A DNA stretch of 63,766 nucleotides, filler included, from Octopus bimaculoides (GCF_001194135.2; 4 parts of 4 records of this genome joined end to end with filler, not necessarily neighbours in it), one strand, 5' to 3'; shown: positions 10,910 to 23,722, counted from the first letter of the whole stretch. The notes: generated by a model from the sequence alone, not told the origin. Made by a program: numbers and translations.

Positions 10910-13250
10910 ATATATATATTGGTAAACAAAATTATTTTACGAGAGCCATAGCTTCAGTATGATGTATTTCACAAACAACCGTACTTGAACGAGTGATAAT
11001 GAAAACTAAAATGCAAAATGGATGTTACGATGTTTAAAAGGTGTTGGACACCATCAAATACAATAGTAACGATTTTACTTGGATTGATTATGCTCACAGG
11101 TTATGTCATCAATGACACTGAATTCTGTTCACAAAGCTTTGAAATTATTCAATAGGATTAGACTATCACTTAAAGATGAATTTCGAACATACATTCAGAA
11201 TTAAGGTTAATAGAGTTTTGAGCTTAAATCCATTCCCGAAATGATGTTGCTTTCTCTGTCTCTCTCTCTCTTTCTCCCACTCTCCGTCTCTCTCTCTCTC
11301 TTTCTCTCTGTCTCACTTTCTCTCCCCCCCCCTCTCTCTCTCTCTGTAAATATCCATGTTATGATCGTATTTCTTTCGATAGTTTGTGATCTGTAAAAGT
11401 ATTTGTGCTTGCATTGTGGTGGAGTAAATTCCAAACCATAAAGGTGAAAAAGGTGCTTTGTTGGTGCAAACTCTTTTCTAATGTGTCTTCTATCATTCAA
11501 TGGAAGTGAATGCACCTAGTGATAAGGGTATTTGGTTACCGATCATAAAGCAATGGGCTCGACTCCTAGACTGGGCAGTGCATTATGTGCTTAATCAAAG
11601 TACTTCAGTTCAGTTACTCTAGTCTTCTCAGCTGAAACTGAATACCAGCAATGTGCTGGTGCAGCCTTCTCTCCGTCTACATGTTCATTTACGATGTTCT
11701 GCTGAATCAAGAGTTGTAGGAACGAGAAGGTGTGCATATCTGCTCTAGATTACCTATGCACCTAAAACAACTAGCGAACACAAGGTAAATGTTATCAGGT
11801 CATACTCGCTGGTGAATGACAGGTGGCCTTTTTTTCATGCACACGTTGCCTGTTATGGTGTTATTATGATAGTTCTTTCTAAGAATTTACTTTGTAAGAA
11901 GAGTCATCTTTTAACTAATGCAATTGCTTGTGTAACCACTGAATAATTGAATTTTGACTTATGGTGCAACAAATGTTTCTCATACAGTTGAAGCTGACCC
12001 TTACGTTGGTCTTCAGAAACAGCGATCGGTGGAAGCTGCAATATAAGGATAAGAGAAAAGAAATAGTGTAGATTATCATGGTCAAAACAGTTCGTTTCAG
12101 CCCAGTCTCTAACGATGGCTGTAACACTCAACTTTAGATTTTTACGTGATTTAAGTGGAATAAGGACAGCATCTGGGCAGCATTCAGGATCTGAGGAATT
12201 GACAGGGGTTAAAGGATAAGATATCGTTAGACAGGAGACTTAGTTCGAATGATTGCAACAGAGTGTACTCTGCTAGAAGCACCCGAGATCCAGGAGGAGG
12301 TGTCCGCTGAATATGAGCTCTCAAACGTTCGGTTACTAAATTTAAAACCCTGATATTGTTCTTCATTAACAAGCAATTGCTGCAGTATTTTCTATAAAGT
12401 TTATCTCGCTCGAATATCTAAGATCTTGATGAATAGTCAATGTTTCTGTTAGAAATGAAGCAATACAAAATTGCTTCAAGAAGAAAAGAAGACTTTTTCT
12501 GAACATTTTAGATATAATGAAGAAAAGATGCCAATTTTCAGATAACAATTATTGTAAGATGATATACAATATGGAATCTTAATTATTACAAATATTCCTA
12601 TTTTGTATTGAGTATTAGTGACAGCAAAGCCCTATGAGTCTATCGTTGAAGATATGATCATAATTCCAAAAGAGATTAATGCAGGGATGTATTAGTTTCA
12701 AATGGTTAGATATTTTATCTATGTAGTACGATTATAAGGAAAATAAGAGAGAGAGAGAGGGGGGAAGGGCAATGATACAAATAAACAACGGAAATTGCTT
12801 GGGTTTTATTTTCAGACAATCAATATTCAAATACAAATATATACATTAACAACGCAAACTTACACAGATTACAAAGATACAGAAAAATAAATGGGAGAAG
12901 ATATGGCGTTACAAGTCCGACAGCTGTGTCTGTATATATATATATATATATNNNNNNNNNNNNNNNNNNNNNNNNNNNNNNNNNNNNNNNNNNNNNNNNN
13001 NNNNNNNNNNNNNNNNNNNNNNNNNNNNNNNNNNNNNNNNNNNNNNNNNNNNNNNNNNNNNNNNNNNNNNNNNNNNNNNNNNNNNNNNNNNNNNNNNNNN
13101 NNNNNNNNNNNNNNNNNNNNNNNNNNNNNNNNNNNNNNNNNNNNNNNNNNNNNNNNNNNNNNNNNNNNNNNNNNNNNNNNNNNNNNNNNNNNNNNNNNNN
13201 NNNNNNNNNNNNNNNNNNNNNNNNNNNNNNNNNNNNNNNNNNNNNNNNNN

Positions 13251-13521
13251 ATTCTATCGGACTCTTTTGCCGAACTGCTAAGTTAGTGGACGTAAACACA
13301 CCAGCATCGGTTGTCAAGTGATGTTGTGGGGACAAACACAGACACACAATCACACACACATATATAAACATATACATATATACGACGGGCTTGTTTTCAG
13401 TTTCCGTCTACCAAATCCACTCACAAGGCTTTGGTCGACCCGAGGCTATAGTAGAAGAAACTTGCTCAAGGTGTCACGCAGTGGGACTGAACCCGGAACC
13501 ATGTGGTTGGTAAGCAAGCTA
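13251..13521 (-). mobile_element. SINE family A body, split by the Tx1 insertion (its 5' head continues at 19120-19157)
   Basis: The two halves rejoin into ...ATGTGGTTGGTAAGCAAGCTACTTAC(T)ACACAGCCACTCCTACGCCT. Confidence 0.9.
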
Positions 13522-13780
13522 TTTTATTTCATAAAAAATCGCCATTGGAGGCGTTACAGAGAGGGGACAAACAAGGACAGACAAACATAAGGGGGAAGTA
13601 GCTTAAACTTTTTTTTTTTAATTTTACAAGTTACGAATAAATTAAAAATATGATTAAAAATTAATATAAAAATTAAATTTAAAATATTACACAAGAAATC
13701 ATTGCGCTTCGCAATGAGGCAGTTAGAAGGAAGGCACCCGACCATCCTGTTAGAACTTTTGCTTCCCAAATTAACCTCAC

Positions 13781-16700
13781 TTATTTGGTGCCAATCGCAC
13801 TCAGCTTGCGCTCCACAGACTTCCATCTTTTCGCAAACATATCCCGTGACAGGCACTTCCTCTCCAGCCTGATCTTACTATTGAGGTGTAACTAAAAAAG
13901 TTAACCAGCCCCTGGCCGGAGACAAAGTTACCTGTCGCTATACTTTTCACACGCGTCTTCCATACTGTTTCTTTCAGTATGGCTACTACGCAGAAAAAAC
14001 AGGCCTTCCTTTCTCTGTTAAGGAAAAGAGGTGGTACAGTTTCGATGATAGACTCAGCTGATAGCTGTACTCTTCTTATCACTGACAACAGTTGTTCTGC
14101 AAAAGCTAAAAGCTACCAGTCCTGACAACTCCGAACACTCCACGAATGCGTGCAAAACGGTTTCTCTATCTTGCCCACATCTCGGACATGTCGGCGAGAC
14201 GGCTCTTCCGTGCCTTGACAGCTTGTCGCGAACGGGTAACNNNNNNNNNNCTCGGACATGTCGGCGAGACGGCTCTTCCGTGCCTTGACAGCTTGTCGCG
14301 AACGGGTAACACCGCTCGGAAACATTGCCAAGCCAGGGATTTCTGGTAATTATCCAGGTACCCCGGACCGAACGTTCTCCTAAACAGGCTGACCAACTGA
14401 CTTTCATCGTAGCCTAGGGTCTCCCCCAAGGCATCTTCTGACATAGATTCCACTAACTCGCTATAAAAATCCGCGGTGGAAATCCTGCTGCCGGCATTGC
14501 CCGCCCGAGAGAGTAACTGGAGCGCCTGGCGGCACTCCAAATGCCAGTCTCCCAGCTTAGGTCTCTGCTTAATCCATGTACCAATGTCCGTTAAGGACAC
14601 TAACTTTGGGAGGAAGAACCGAACCTGCGGTGACCACACCTGTTCTCCATCCAGGTAAAGCCAGAGATGCCTCAACTTTAACGCGAATTTTCGCATCCTC
14701 AGCCAAGGCATCCCTAGCCCACCCTTTAGCGGTTTCTGGCAGCAGACAGAGCGCTTTACAAGTGGTTTTCTTCCTTTCCACATAAAGCGGAAAAGGATTC
14801 TCTCCTACTTGTTCAGCCACAAATCGAGGCAAGACACCACGGTCAAGCGGTAGGTAATTACTGATGCTATAAACATCTGCACCACCTCCGCCCTTCCTAG
14901 CAAGGATAACACCCACCCAGACCAGGTCTGGTTTAGAGCGGTCACCTTGCTGGCCACCTCGCTCCAATTTTTCTCTATCTGGAGGTCTGGACCTATCCAG
15001 ACTCCGAGCAACTTAACAGGACCTTGCGTCCAACGCCCCACGACGTTATTGAACGTCATCGGCTTTCCCTTCCAGGTGCCGAGTTGCAAACCGACCGACT
15101 TGTCCTTGTTAACCTTTGCTCCTCCTACTGCCTCGTAACTTTTGATGGCCTTTTCCACCACTGGAATCTGGCCCTCATCCGCCACGATCATGGAGATGTC
15201 ATCCGCGTACGCTGTAGCTCTCCTTCCACACCATAGATCAAGAGGAGCGCCCCCTAGTGCCTCCAACGTCCGCAGCAATGGCTCCAGAGCCAACACATAC
15301 AGAAGCTGGGATAGGGGACATCCCTGACGAACTGAACGCTCGCTCCTGAACGGTTTCGAAAAAAACCCGTTCACCTTGACGACAGACTCGATGTCGCTGT
15401 ACGAAGCAGCAATCCAACCGCGGAAGTACGGGCTTAGGCCAGCCTTCTCGAGGACCGCCGCCAAGTACCGATGGTCGACACTATCAAACGCCTTAGACTG
15501 GTCTAAATGCACCAGTGCCCCTCCCGCTAAGCCAGAAAGTTTCCTTACCCTCTATAAGGAGTTGCGTATAAGGTGGAGATTGTCGTGGATCGACCTGCCC
15601 GGGATAGCACAAGTTTGTGCTTCCCCAACAATTTCGCCCACGACCCGCGCCCACCTTTTCGCTAGCACCTTGACCAAAATCTTTAACTCTGTGTTTAACA
15701 GAGTTATGGCCCTAAAGTTCCCTATCTCGTCTCCTTTTCTCGGGTCCTGTCTAATCAACGTCACTGCCCCCCGGCTCGCAGACTTGGGAATTCTCCCATT
15801 CTGCTGCCAGTTGGCGTAAACGCTGGTCAGTAGGTGCCCGAACAAGTCTGGCATACTTTTATAAAATTCATAGGGCAGACCATCGAGACTCGGCGACTTG
15901 TCCCCGGGGCATTCGCCCAGCACCTCGATCACCTCCTCGGCTGTGATTGGCCCTTCACAGCACTCAGCCTTCCTTGCCGAGAGACGCGGGCCGCCAGACA
16001 GGAAGTCCCTGAGGGCCTCACCATGATCAAGCGTCCCGCCCCTCCCGAACAACTCGGCAAAGTGTTCGTGAAGCGCCTCACACATCTCGCCCCGTTCTTT
16101 GACCGTGCGTCCTTTTTCGATAACAAGAGACCTTATTGTGGTTCCGTTGCCACGCTGAGTTTCTACCGTGCGGGCCCATCCGGCAACGTTAATTCCCTCA
16201 CGGCCAAATGCTCTCACTTTAGCCCGGACTCTACACCCCTCATGTTTGGTTTTGAGGTGACGGTCCAATGTCATTCTCGCTGCCAGAATGTGGGATACAG
16301 AGCCCAACCTCAGCGTCTCTTCTAAGTTCTTAACTAGCTGCCCTTCTACTCTAGTCCTATCTAGTCTTAGCTGTTTGCTAAACCTAATGGACTCGAAACG
16401 AATGGCTCTTTTGAGGGCGAACCACCACTGGTTATTAATCACGGTACCGGTTAACGCCCTCTGTACTAACTCCTTAATCCGACTACGGTATGCCTCACAA
16501 GTCAAAATAGTCTTGTTCAGCTTCCAGTAGCCGGGTCCTCTACTAGTTGTACTATCTACGTCCAACCTACACTTAACCGTTCTATGGTCAGTGTAGGACA
16601 CTTGGACAAGTTGTGGACAAGTAAAACTAGGCTTATCTATAATTCTTATTACTATCCTATCTAGATAAGACTTGAACATTTCGTCGCCACTCATCCAGGT

Positions 16701-17261
16701 CCACTCTGGCACGTTCGGATGTTCAAGCCTGTAACGATCTGCCAGCTGAAATCGCTTAAGCAGATCGACGAGGCATGAGTTCACTTTTCTATCAATCGAG
16801 CCGGCGCTATCGATGCGAACGTCAACAATAGCGTTGAAGTCCCCTAACATCACTAATGTCTTCGACGTCACGAAAAAGCCCTCTAGGCGCCGATAAAAGT
16901 CAGTTTGGAAACCTCTAGCGCATGGTGCGTAGAGTCCGATCAGCCTGAAGGCCTTACTGCTGTATGTCACATCAAGGACGACCAGCCCACCTTCAGGGTC
17001 CACATAGACTGTACTTGTCTGCAGAGCCAAGCCATTGCGGATCAGTACCACTACACCCCATCGTCCTCCGGTCTGGCCAGGAGACATGATTTTCTCATAG
17101 CCATTCAGGAGAGGCGAGAAGGTTCGTAGACTGTCCAGCTTGGTCTCTGTGGCAACCATCACCTGTATATCATGTGATCTGAGGTTGTCGAGGAAACATG
17201 CCTGCTTCCACTTTGAATTCTGACCACGCACATTTAAACACCCAATGTTCAGAGAGGCCAT
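13781..17261 (-). pseudogene. ORF2 (APE endonuclease + reverse transcriptase + zf-RVT CCHC) of the Tx1/L1 element
   Basis: NVRG, ETK, GDFNA, LDR, TDH (APE); PGYWKLN, SPSLDGL, LDQSKAFD, QGCPLS, YADD, GGLGMP (RT); CPRCGQDRETVLHAFVEC. Lesions: in-frame TAG at 15552-15554 and 14805-14807, 7-bp duplication at 14101-14114, 1-bp deletion near 13890. Confidence 0.93.
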
Positions 17262-17284
17262 TTGAAAGAAGAAAAGGTTCTACT

Positions 17285-18694
17285 TACGTTTTGCTGGAGA
17301 GGTTAGGGCCGATCTCGCTATGTGCTCCTCGGCCCATCTCCTTTTCTTCTCCTATAAGTATTTTGGTAGCTGTTTTAATTTTTTATGGTATTCGGGTGCC
17401 TAGCCTTCAGCTGTTTAAACGTCTCTTCTCTGATTCATGCACATCTTTCATGGTGATCTTCTTGTTTTTTTTGTAAAGCCTTGTGGTTTTGTGTGGTACT
17501 ACCACGCCGTGAAGGTACGGGTCTCGAGTATCGTACTCGATTAGCACTAGTTCGTCTTCTAGTTTTTCCAAATTATTTTCTTTTTCCTTGGGTCGGCGGA
17601 GCGGGATTTTTTTGGTGTCTGTGTTGCGTCAGTGTCATTTTTTGGGGGGTATATGGGCGGGGATAGTGTATGTGCTCTCTTTTTGTTTGTTTTTTTCCAC
17701 CATTGTGAACTCTCCCTCTGCTATTTCCATACTATTTCCTGGGGGAGCCACAATTGGTTCAGGCGGTGTCACAGTGAGGGGCTTTGTTAGTGTGGGGGTT
17801 TGTGTATGTGAGGGCTGGGTTTTTTCATTTATTTGTTTGAGGGCTGGTACCGTAACAGCGGGGTTGGTAGTTTTTGTGTTTGTGGTAGTTGGTGTTGTTG
17901 CGGGAGTGGGTATTTTTTTCACGTTTGAAGGGCCTTGTGCATGCGACAGTTTTTCTTTATATTGTGGACAATCCACACGAATGTGGCCCAATTTTCCACA
18001 TTCGTAGTGGTGGGTTTTCTTCCTTCCACCTGCACTCTAAGGGTCATATTATTGCCCACGAGCACTCTTTCTGGAAATACCTGAAAGTCTTCCTGTGCCC
18101 CCTGAATAATTACTGTAATGCTCCTCCCTAGCCAATTCTGCGGGGCAGAGCATGTCACTATTAGAATTTTTATCCGGTCCGTCCTATTAAACAACAGGGC
18201 GGCCACCACTTCTTTCAGGTCATCTTCCGGTCATACTTCATTAATTTTCACGAGCGAAGTTCTCTTCCCCATATATGTTGGTAGCAGTACCACCTCTTTG
18301 ATTTTAAGGGGACACACAGAATGCCCGCGGACCACCTCTTCTGAGAAACTGACCTCAACAGCACCATATACACCATATACACCATATACACTACATCCTT
18401 CCATATCGGGGACAGGCATTTTTCAATTATATCTTTGTCGAAGTGTTTAAACCTTTTGTCCTTTAGACAGAAGGTTTTAAACACTACGGTCCGTTTCTCA
18501 GTGTCCAAAATACTGGAGGAGGGTGATATCGTAACATCACCACCCTCCTCCTTCATTCTTTTAAACATGTCTTTTAATAATTCGACATTGATATCAATAT
18601 TTTCCGTTGACACTGCGACAACCGTGGAGAATATTTTTGCATTATTATCGCTCTCTGTGAGAGTACACTGTTCGTGTATTATTTCCACCGACAT
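17285..18694 (-). pseudogene. ORF1 (gag-like, CCHC zinc knuckle) of the Tx1/L1 element, frameshifted
   Basis: ORF pieces 18694-18248, 18419-18231, 18209-17919 and 17991-17635 join by frameshifts; knuckle remnant (C)YECGKLGHIRVDC near 18010-17970; Pro/Thr/Lys-rich tail; the 3' end is approximate. Confidence 0.8.
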
Positions 18695-20189
18695 AATTCG
18701 GTTGAAATTAATTTACGAATTAACAGAAAATTAAATTAACAAAAAATTAAATTGGTTTCCCACACAAACTGGGAAACCTACAAAAAGGTTTTCCTCTTAA
18801 AGAGTACAAAAATGTTCAAACAGTTGAAATCCCTACCCCGTTAGGGGTAGGGGCACAAAAATAGTCCAGAAAGACTATTCGCAATTCAAAACAGGTAAAA
18901 CGTTTCAACAAAATGCCGCAATGGCCATCAACTACATTAATTTTTGTAATTATTCCCAGGTAGAACCGGGAAATAAAACAGTTGAACAAATTTTCAACAA
19001 TAATTTCTTCGTTCAACAGCAACAAATCCAACAGGTAATATAAGGAATAACAACAGCAATAACAACAACAACAAAACGCTTACCAGGAGCCAGTAAAAAA
19101 TACGTCTACACAGTAGTGAGGTAAGCAAGCTACTTACTACACAGCCACTCCTACGCCTATATATATATATATATAATTTCCTAATTAAAATGTCATTGTA
19201 TAAGTCATTAAGAATATTTCACAAAAGAAAATAACTCTTAGGTAATTAGCTGCATTGACAACATCAAATCATCGCATATAAGTTATACAAATTAAAATAA
19301 TATATCCATTCACCAATAGTAACTTACTCATCAATCACTTTTCCTATAGCATTTAACTGCGACTACACAAGGATAGCATGAAAATACTAAAGGAAATCAT
19401 CAAATAGAAGAGCAGAATCTAACCGAAGAAGAGTCGCGCGGACACATCATCCGAAGAGGTTTTTGTTTTGTCACCAAGCAAAATTTTCCTCTTTCTAGTC
19501 AAAAGGTGTTTCAGATGATTACTCTCAACCACTGCTCTCTTCTTAGATAATATACAAATAAAACACCATTGTTTCAATAAAAATCATCTTATATTTTGCA
19601 ATATGCAAAATATGAGGTCATCTTCAGCAAAGACTTTACTACATTCTATGCTCTCCTCTTATGAACAAATAAGCAATCGTCTTTTTCCGAAACAATACAA
19701 AACATTGTTTCGGGAATTCTTTGAAAGTCTCAGTAGCGCACAATAATTAATCGTCATACATCGGTAATTTCTTGAATAGAGTACTATCTCAATTCTTACA
19801 CAACTTTCTCACGCCTCCGCAAACATTTGTCTCACACATCAGCATTTACACACTCTTCTACTATTCCCCCAACATAGCTGCACAACTTGCCCTAATCTAA
19901 CAACAACCTGGATTTAAACAAACAGACTAAAATCCGAATCTTTATACAACCACTCATCACACTCAATGACCATACAAAAAGTATACTACAAATTACGTAT
20001 AAAACTTCTGCAACATTCGCACTGCACATATTCACACTCTGTAGCAAGAAACGTATTTCGCTTTGTATTTGCTTTGCAAGAGACTTTATCTGAATTCCTG
20101 TCCGTCTTAAAGAAACTTTCTAAATTTACTTTCTTTAAGGACGCTAAACTCAGCATCAAGTTCGTAGAGAAACCAGGGTGATCCATCAG

Positions 20190-20640
20190 ATCACTTTTAT
20201 GTAAGATTTACAGATCACAGTTATATATAACCACATGTAATGATAGGAACTGTATTGTATTGTACTTGTAACTCTAGTGTTAATTGTAAGACCAGGAATG
20301 TGATCTACAGCATAAACTGCATTGAGGGTGCTTGTAAGAATCGGAATATAGCATACACTGGGGAAACTTCTATGATTTTAGCGGATAGATTAAATAAACA
20401 CTCAAAAGTTAAATGACTGGAAATATTCGTCAATACCGTGTCAGCATACCAAAGATCAACATATACCCAACGAAGGGAATTAAAAATACAATGTAGTTAG
20501 TGTAGAGCAACATTTCATCCAAGATTGTGAAATAATTTAGCAATTTAAAGGGAATGAGGGACTCCCGTGGATAGAAACTGTAGATCGAAAGGGGTCGTCA
20601 AATTTACTTAAATCTATTCTAAAGGCAAAACATTATACCA
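20190..20640 (+). mobile_element. Penelope-like element GIY-YIG endonuclease relic (Neptune/Penelope type)
   Basis: CNDRNC Zn-linker, then NCKTRNVIYSINCIEGACKNRNIAYTGETSMILADRLNKH and VEQHF; stops and frameshifts. Confidence 0.65.
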
Positions 20641-22341
20641 TAATCAAAATATTTTAAGAAGCAGCATTCACAATCTACAGCAACGCGCAAAATCTTTTAG
20701 ACTCTATACAAATATATACACAGTAGAAATTGATCCAGTTTTGTAGAATCGTAATAGACAGTTGTTAGCTCAGCAATATCAACAAATACCAACAAATTGA
20801 CGACCCTTCAAGGAAAAAGGAGGACCAGAAACATATCTGTGAATTACAAGAGACTTCTGATTACACCAAAGGTAGAAAATATAAACCAGGCAAAGAGTAA
20901 ATAACAACAAAAGATTGTCCATACAAAATAAGCTTAGATAATATCAGTAGAAAACTTTGCTAATTACAAAAAATCTTAGCTTTTAGAGAGAGAAAGTGAC
21001 AACAGGAATGGTATCTGAACGAATTGATTTACTCAGTAGCTGTCGAAATATCTAAACGAATATAGGCTTGAGATGCTTCGATAGATTCATGGAAATGACA
21101 GTGAAAATAATCTGATTAAACTGAGATGGATAGAGAATTCTCGTATCAATACTGAAGGAAGAAAAACATCCTAGACTTAAAAATTCTATATTGAAGAAAC
21201 AAAAATTTATTCAGAAAATCTAAAACAGAAATAAGAAAGAGAAAGTAAAAGAAGAAAGAGACTATGAGATGACACTTAAGTAAAATTCGACAAATTAAGT
21301 TATTTTAACCACTTGAATGCTTCTTGTAACAAAGTGGGTTATTTGAAGCCACATAAAACACAAATCACAGCAGTTCATATATCTAAAGTGAAACATTGGA
21401 CCTAAATACAAAGGAAAGTTACCAGTCACCGCATAAAGCAGATTATTAAAGCAACCCTAAAAGATCAGTAAATGAAAGAGTAGGAATAACGAAATGAATC
21501 AAAATAGCAGTGAACTTGGTTTTTTACAGACACAACGACTGGAATATCCCAGCAATGGAAAATATTTGCTGAAATAACTTACAAGCAAAGACATTTGTTT
21601 AACAAGAAAAGCCAGATGGATCAAGCAGAAATGATAAGTTATTTATGGATTTCTAACTTAGGCACATGGACATAGTGCAAAATACATATTGTCGACCATA
21701 TTAACTCTAGCACTTGACTAATAATCATTTCAAAGGGAACTAGAAGGATGGAATACAAAATCGACCTCGAAGAGATTCAAATTCACGACTTAACGAGACG
21801 TTGCCATAGTTTAATATAGCAAATAATATCATACATAACTACGGACACGTATAAAATCCCATCAGATATTTCAAGACAGTATGAGCGCAAACCAATTAAC
21901 TTAACATGAATTACTTAAGGAAATATTTTTGAACTGTGTACAATCCTCTATATTGTAAGCACTCTTGATAAATATCAGAATTCTTAATGTTAATAATTCC
22001 TGTAAAATATGTAATGGGAAACCCTAAAACAAAATTAATACTATAAAATAATTTGTAACAAAAAATATTAGCCACTTATCTTATACGAAATGAAATTTTC
22101 TAAAGAAAACCACTGGTCAATGCCTCTCAGCTATTTACCTACCATTTATTTAGCTTGGCAAATTCGTTTATCTGGAGGAGCGCTTCTAAATATTCGCTCC
22201 TTCCAATTGATTGCAAAGAATATTAACCACCATTAATTATTTTCTAAACCAGCAATAGATTCGACAGAGTTATGCCTATTAATAGGAAATGTGATGTTCA
22301 TGAAGGTCACGATACATTACTTACAGAAATAAACAATATCC

Positions 22342-22786
22342 GCGGGTGACACATGAAATGTTTCGAGCGGGATCGTTGCCAGTGCCCATGGACTGGCTCA
22401 TGTGCGGGAGACACATGAAATCTTTCGAGCGGGATCGATGCCAGTGCCCCTGGACTGGCTCATGTGCGGGCGACACATGAAATCTTTCGAGCGAGATCGT
22501 TGCCGGTGCCCCTGGAGTGGCTCATGTGCGGGTGACACATGAAATTTTTCGAGCAGGGTCGTTGCCAGAGCCCCTGCACTGGCTCATGTGCGGGCGACAC
22601 ATGATATCTCTCGAGCGAGATCGTTGCCAGTGCCCATGGACTGGCTCTTGTGCGGGCGACACATGAAATCTTTAGAGCGGGATAGTGGCCAGTGCACCTG
22701 GACTGGCTCATGTGCGGGCGACACATGAAATCTTTCGAGCGAGATCGTTGCCGGTGCCCCTGGACTGGCTCATGTGCAGGTGACAC
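22342..22786 (+). repeat. 62-bp GC-rich minisatellite, at least 7 units, runs into gap
   Basis: GACAC recurs at 22348, 22410, 22472, 22534, 22596, 22658, 22720, 22782; the unit matches the RTE 3' UTR at 49216-49365. Confidence 0.95.
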
Positions 22787-22914
22787 NNNNNNNNNNNNNN
22801 NNNNNNNNNNNNNNNNNNNNNNNNNNNNNNTTAATTAATTAANNNNNNNNNNNNNNNNNNNNNNNNNNNNNNNNNNNNNNNNNNNNAAATAAATATATAT
22901 ATATATATATATAT

Positions 22915-23310
22915 CATCATCATCATCATCATCATAATCGTCGTCATTTAATGTCCATTGTCCATGCTGGCATGGGTTGGACAGTTTGACTGGGCTGGCA
23001 CACTGGAAGGCTGCACCAGTCTCCAGTCTGATTTGGCATCGTTTTCTACGGCTGGATGCCCTTACCTAATGCCAACCAGTCCAAGAGTGTAATGGGTGCT
23101 TTCACATGCCACCGGCATGAGTGCCATTTGTGTGACACTGGTACCTGCCACGAGTGCAATTTTGCTTGACTTGATGGGTCTTCTTCTCAAGTATGACATA
23201 ATGCCAAAAGTCTCGATCCTTGCATCCGTGAGGCCCAACGATCAAAAGGTGCTTTCATGTGCCACTGGCACAGGTGCCATTTGCATGACCCCAGTATCTG
23301 TCCTGACTGT
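22915..23310 (-). mobile_element. RTE LINE 3' UTR fragment with (GAT)n tail
   Basis: (CAT)n at 22915-22935 followed by the reverse complement of the conserved RTE tail seen at 49420-49608. Confidence 0.75.
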
Positions 23311-23667
23311 GTTTTATACATGGCACCAGCATCAGAACTGTAAAGATGGTATTCCAACCACAACAACCACATCTTTGTATTGAACATACTGTAATACATT
23401 TGTTTCTGTTTTCGTTATCTGAAGGAGATTTGGTTACAAAGGGACACAGAACTACACCATGAAAGCATTTGAAACTCTAAGAAAATACATGAAACCATGC
23501 AGTGCTTCTCCAGCAAGACGTCCTGTGTTGTGGTACCTACTTACACCTAGTGGACTGTGGATACTGCACAGTTGGTAACAGTCTTACAAACATTACAAAC
23601 GCATCGATCATACACTCATATATCTTACATAACACCTACGTATTTGTTCATTACCTGTCATAATCAG

Positions 23668-23722
<55 letters not shown>

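Larger units (their letters stand above)
13522..19119 (-). mobile_element. Near full-length Tx1/L1-clade non-LTR retrotransposon (about 5.6 kb)
   Basis: Identical 13-bp TSD GGTAAGCAAGCTA at 13509-13521 and 19120-19132; 5' UTR, zinc-knuckle ORF1, APE-RT-CCHC ORF2, 3' end ...ATGAAATAAAA; markedly more GC-rich than flanks. Confidence 0.95.

Noticed and set aside
14181-14310. Perfect 60-bp direct repeat inside Tx1 ORF2
   Set aside because: The copies flank a 10-N gap, and removing one restores the CPRC..H..C finger. It is an unmerged contig overlap.
22342-22786. CRISPR-like or hammerhead-like reading of the 62-bp array
   Set aside because: There are no unique spacers and the context is eukaryotic. 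The stem-GAAA is preceded by CTGGCTC, not CUGANGA.
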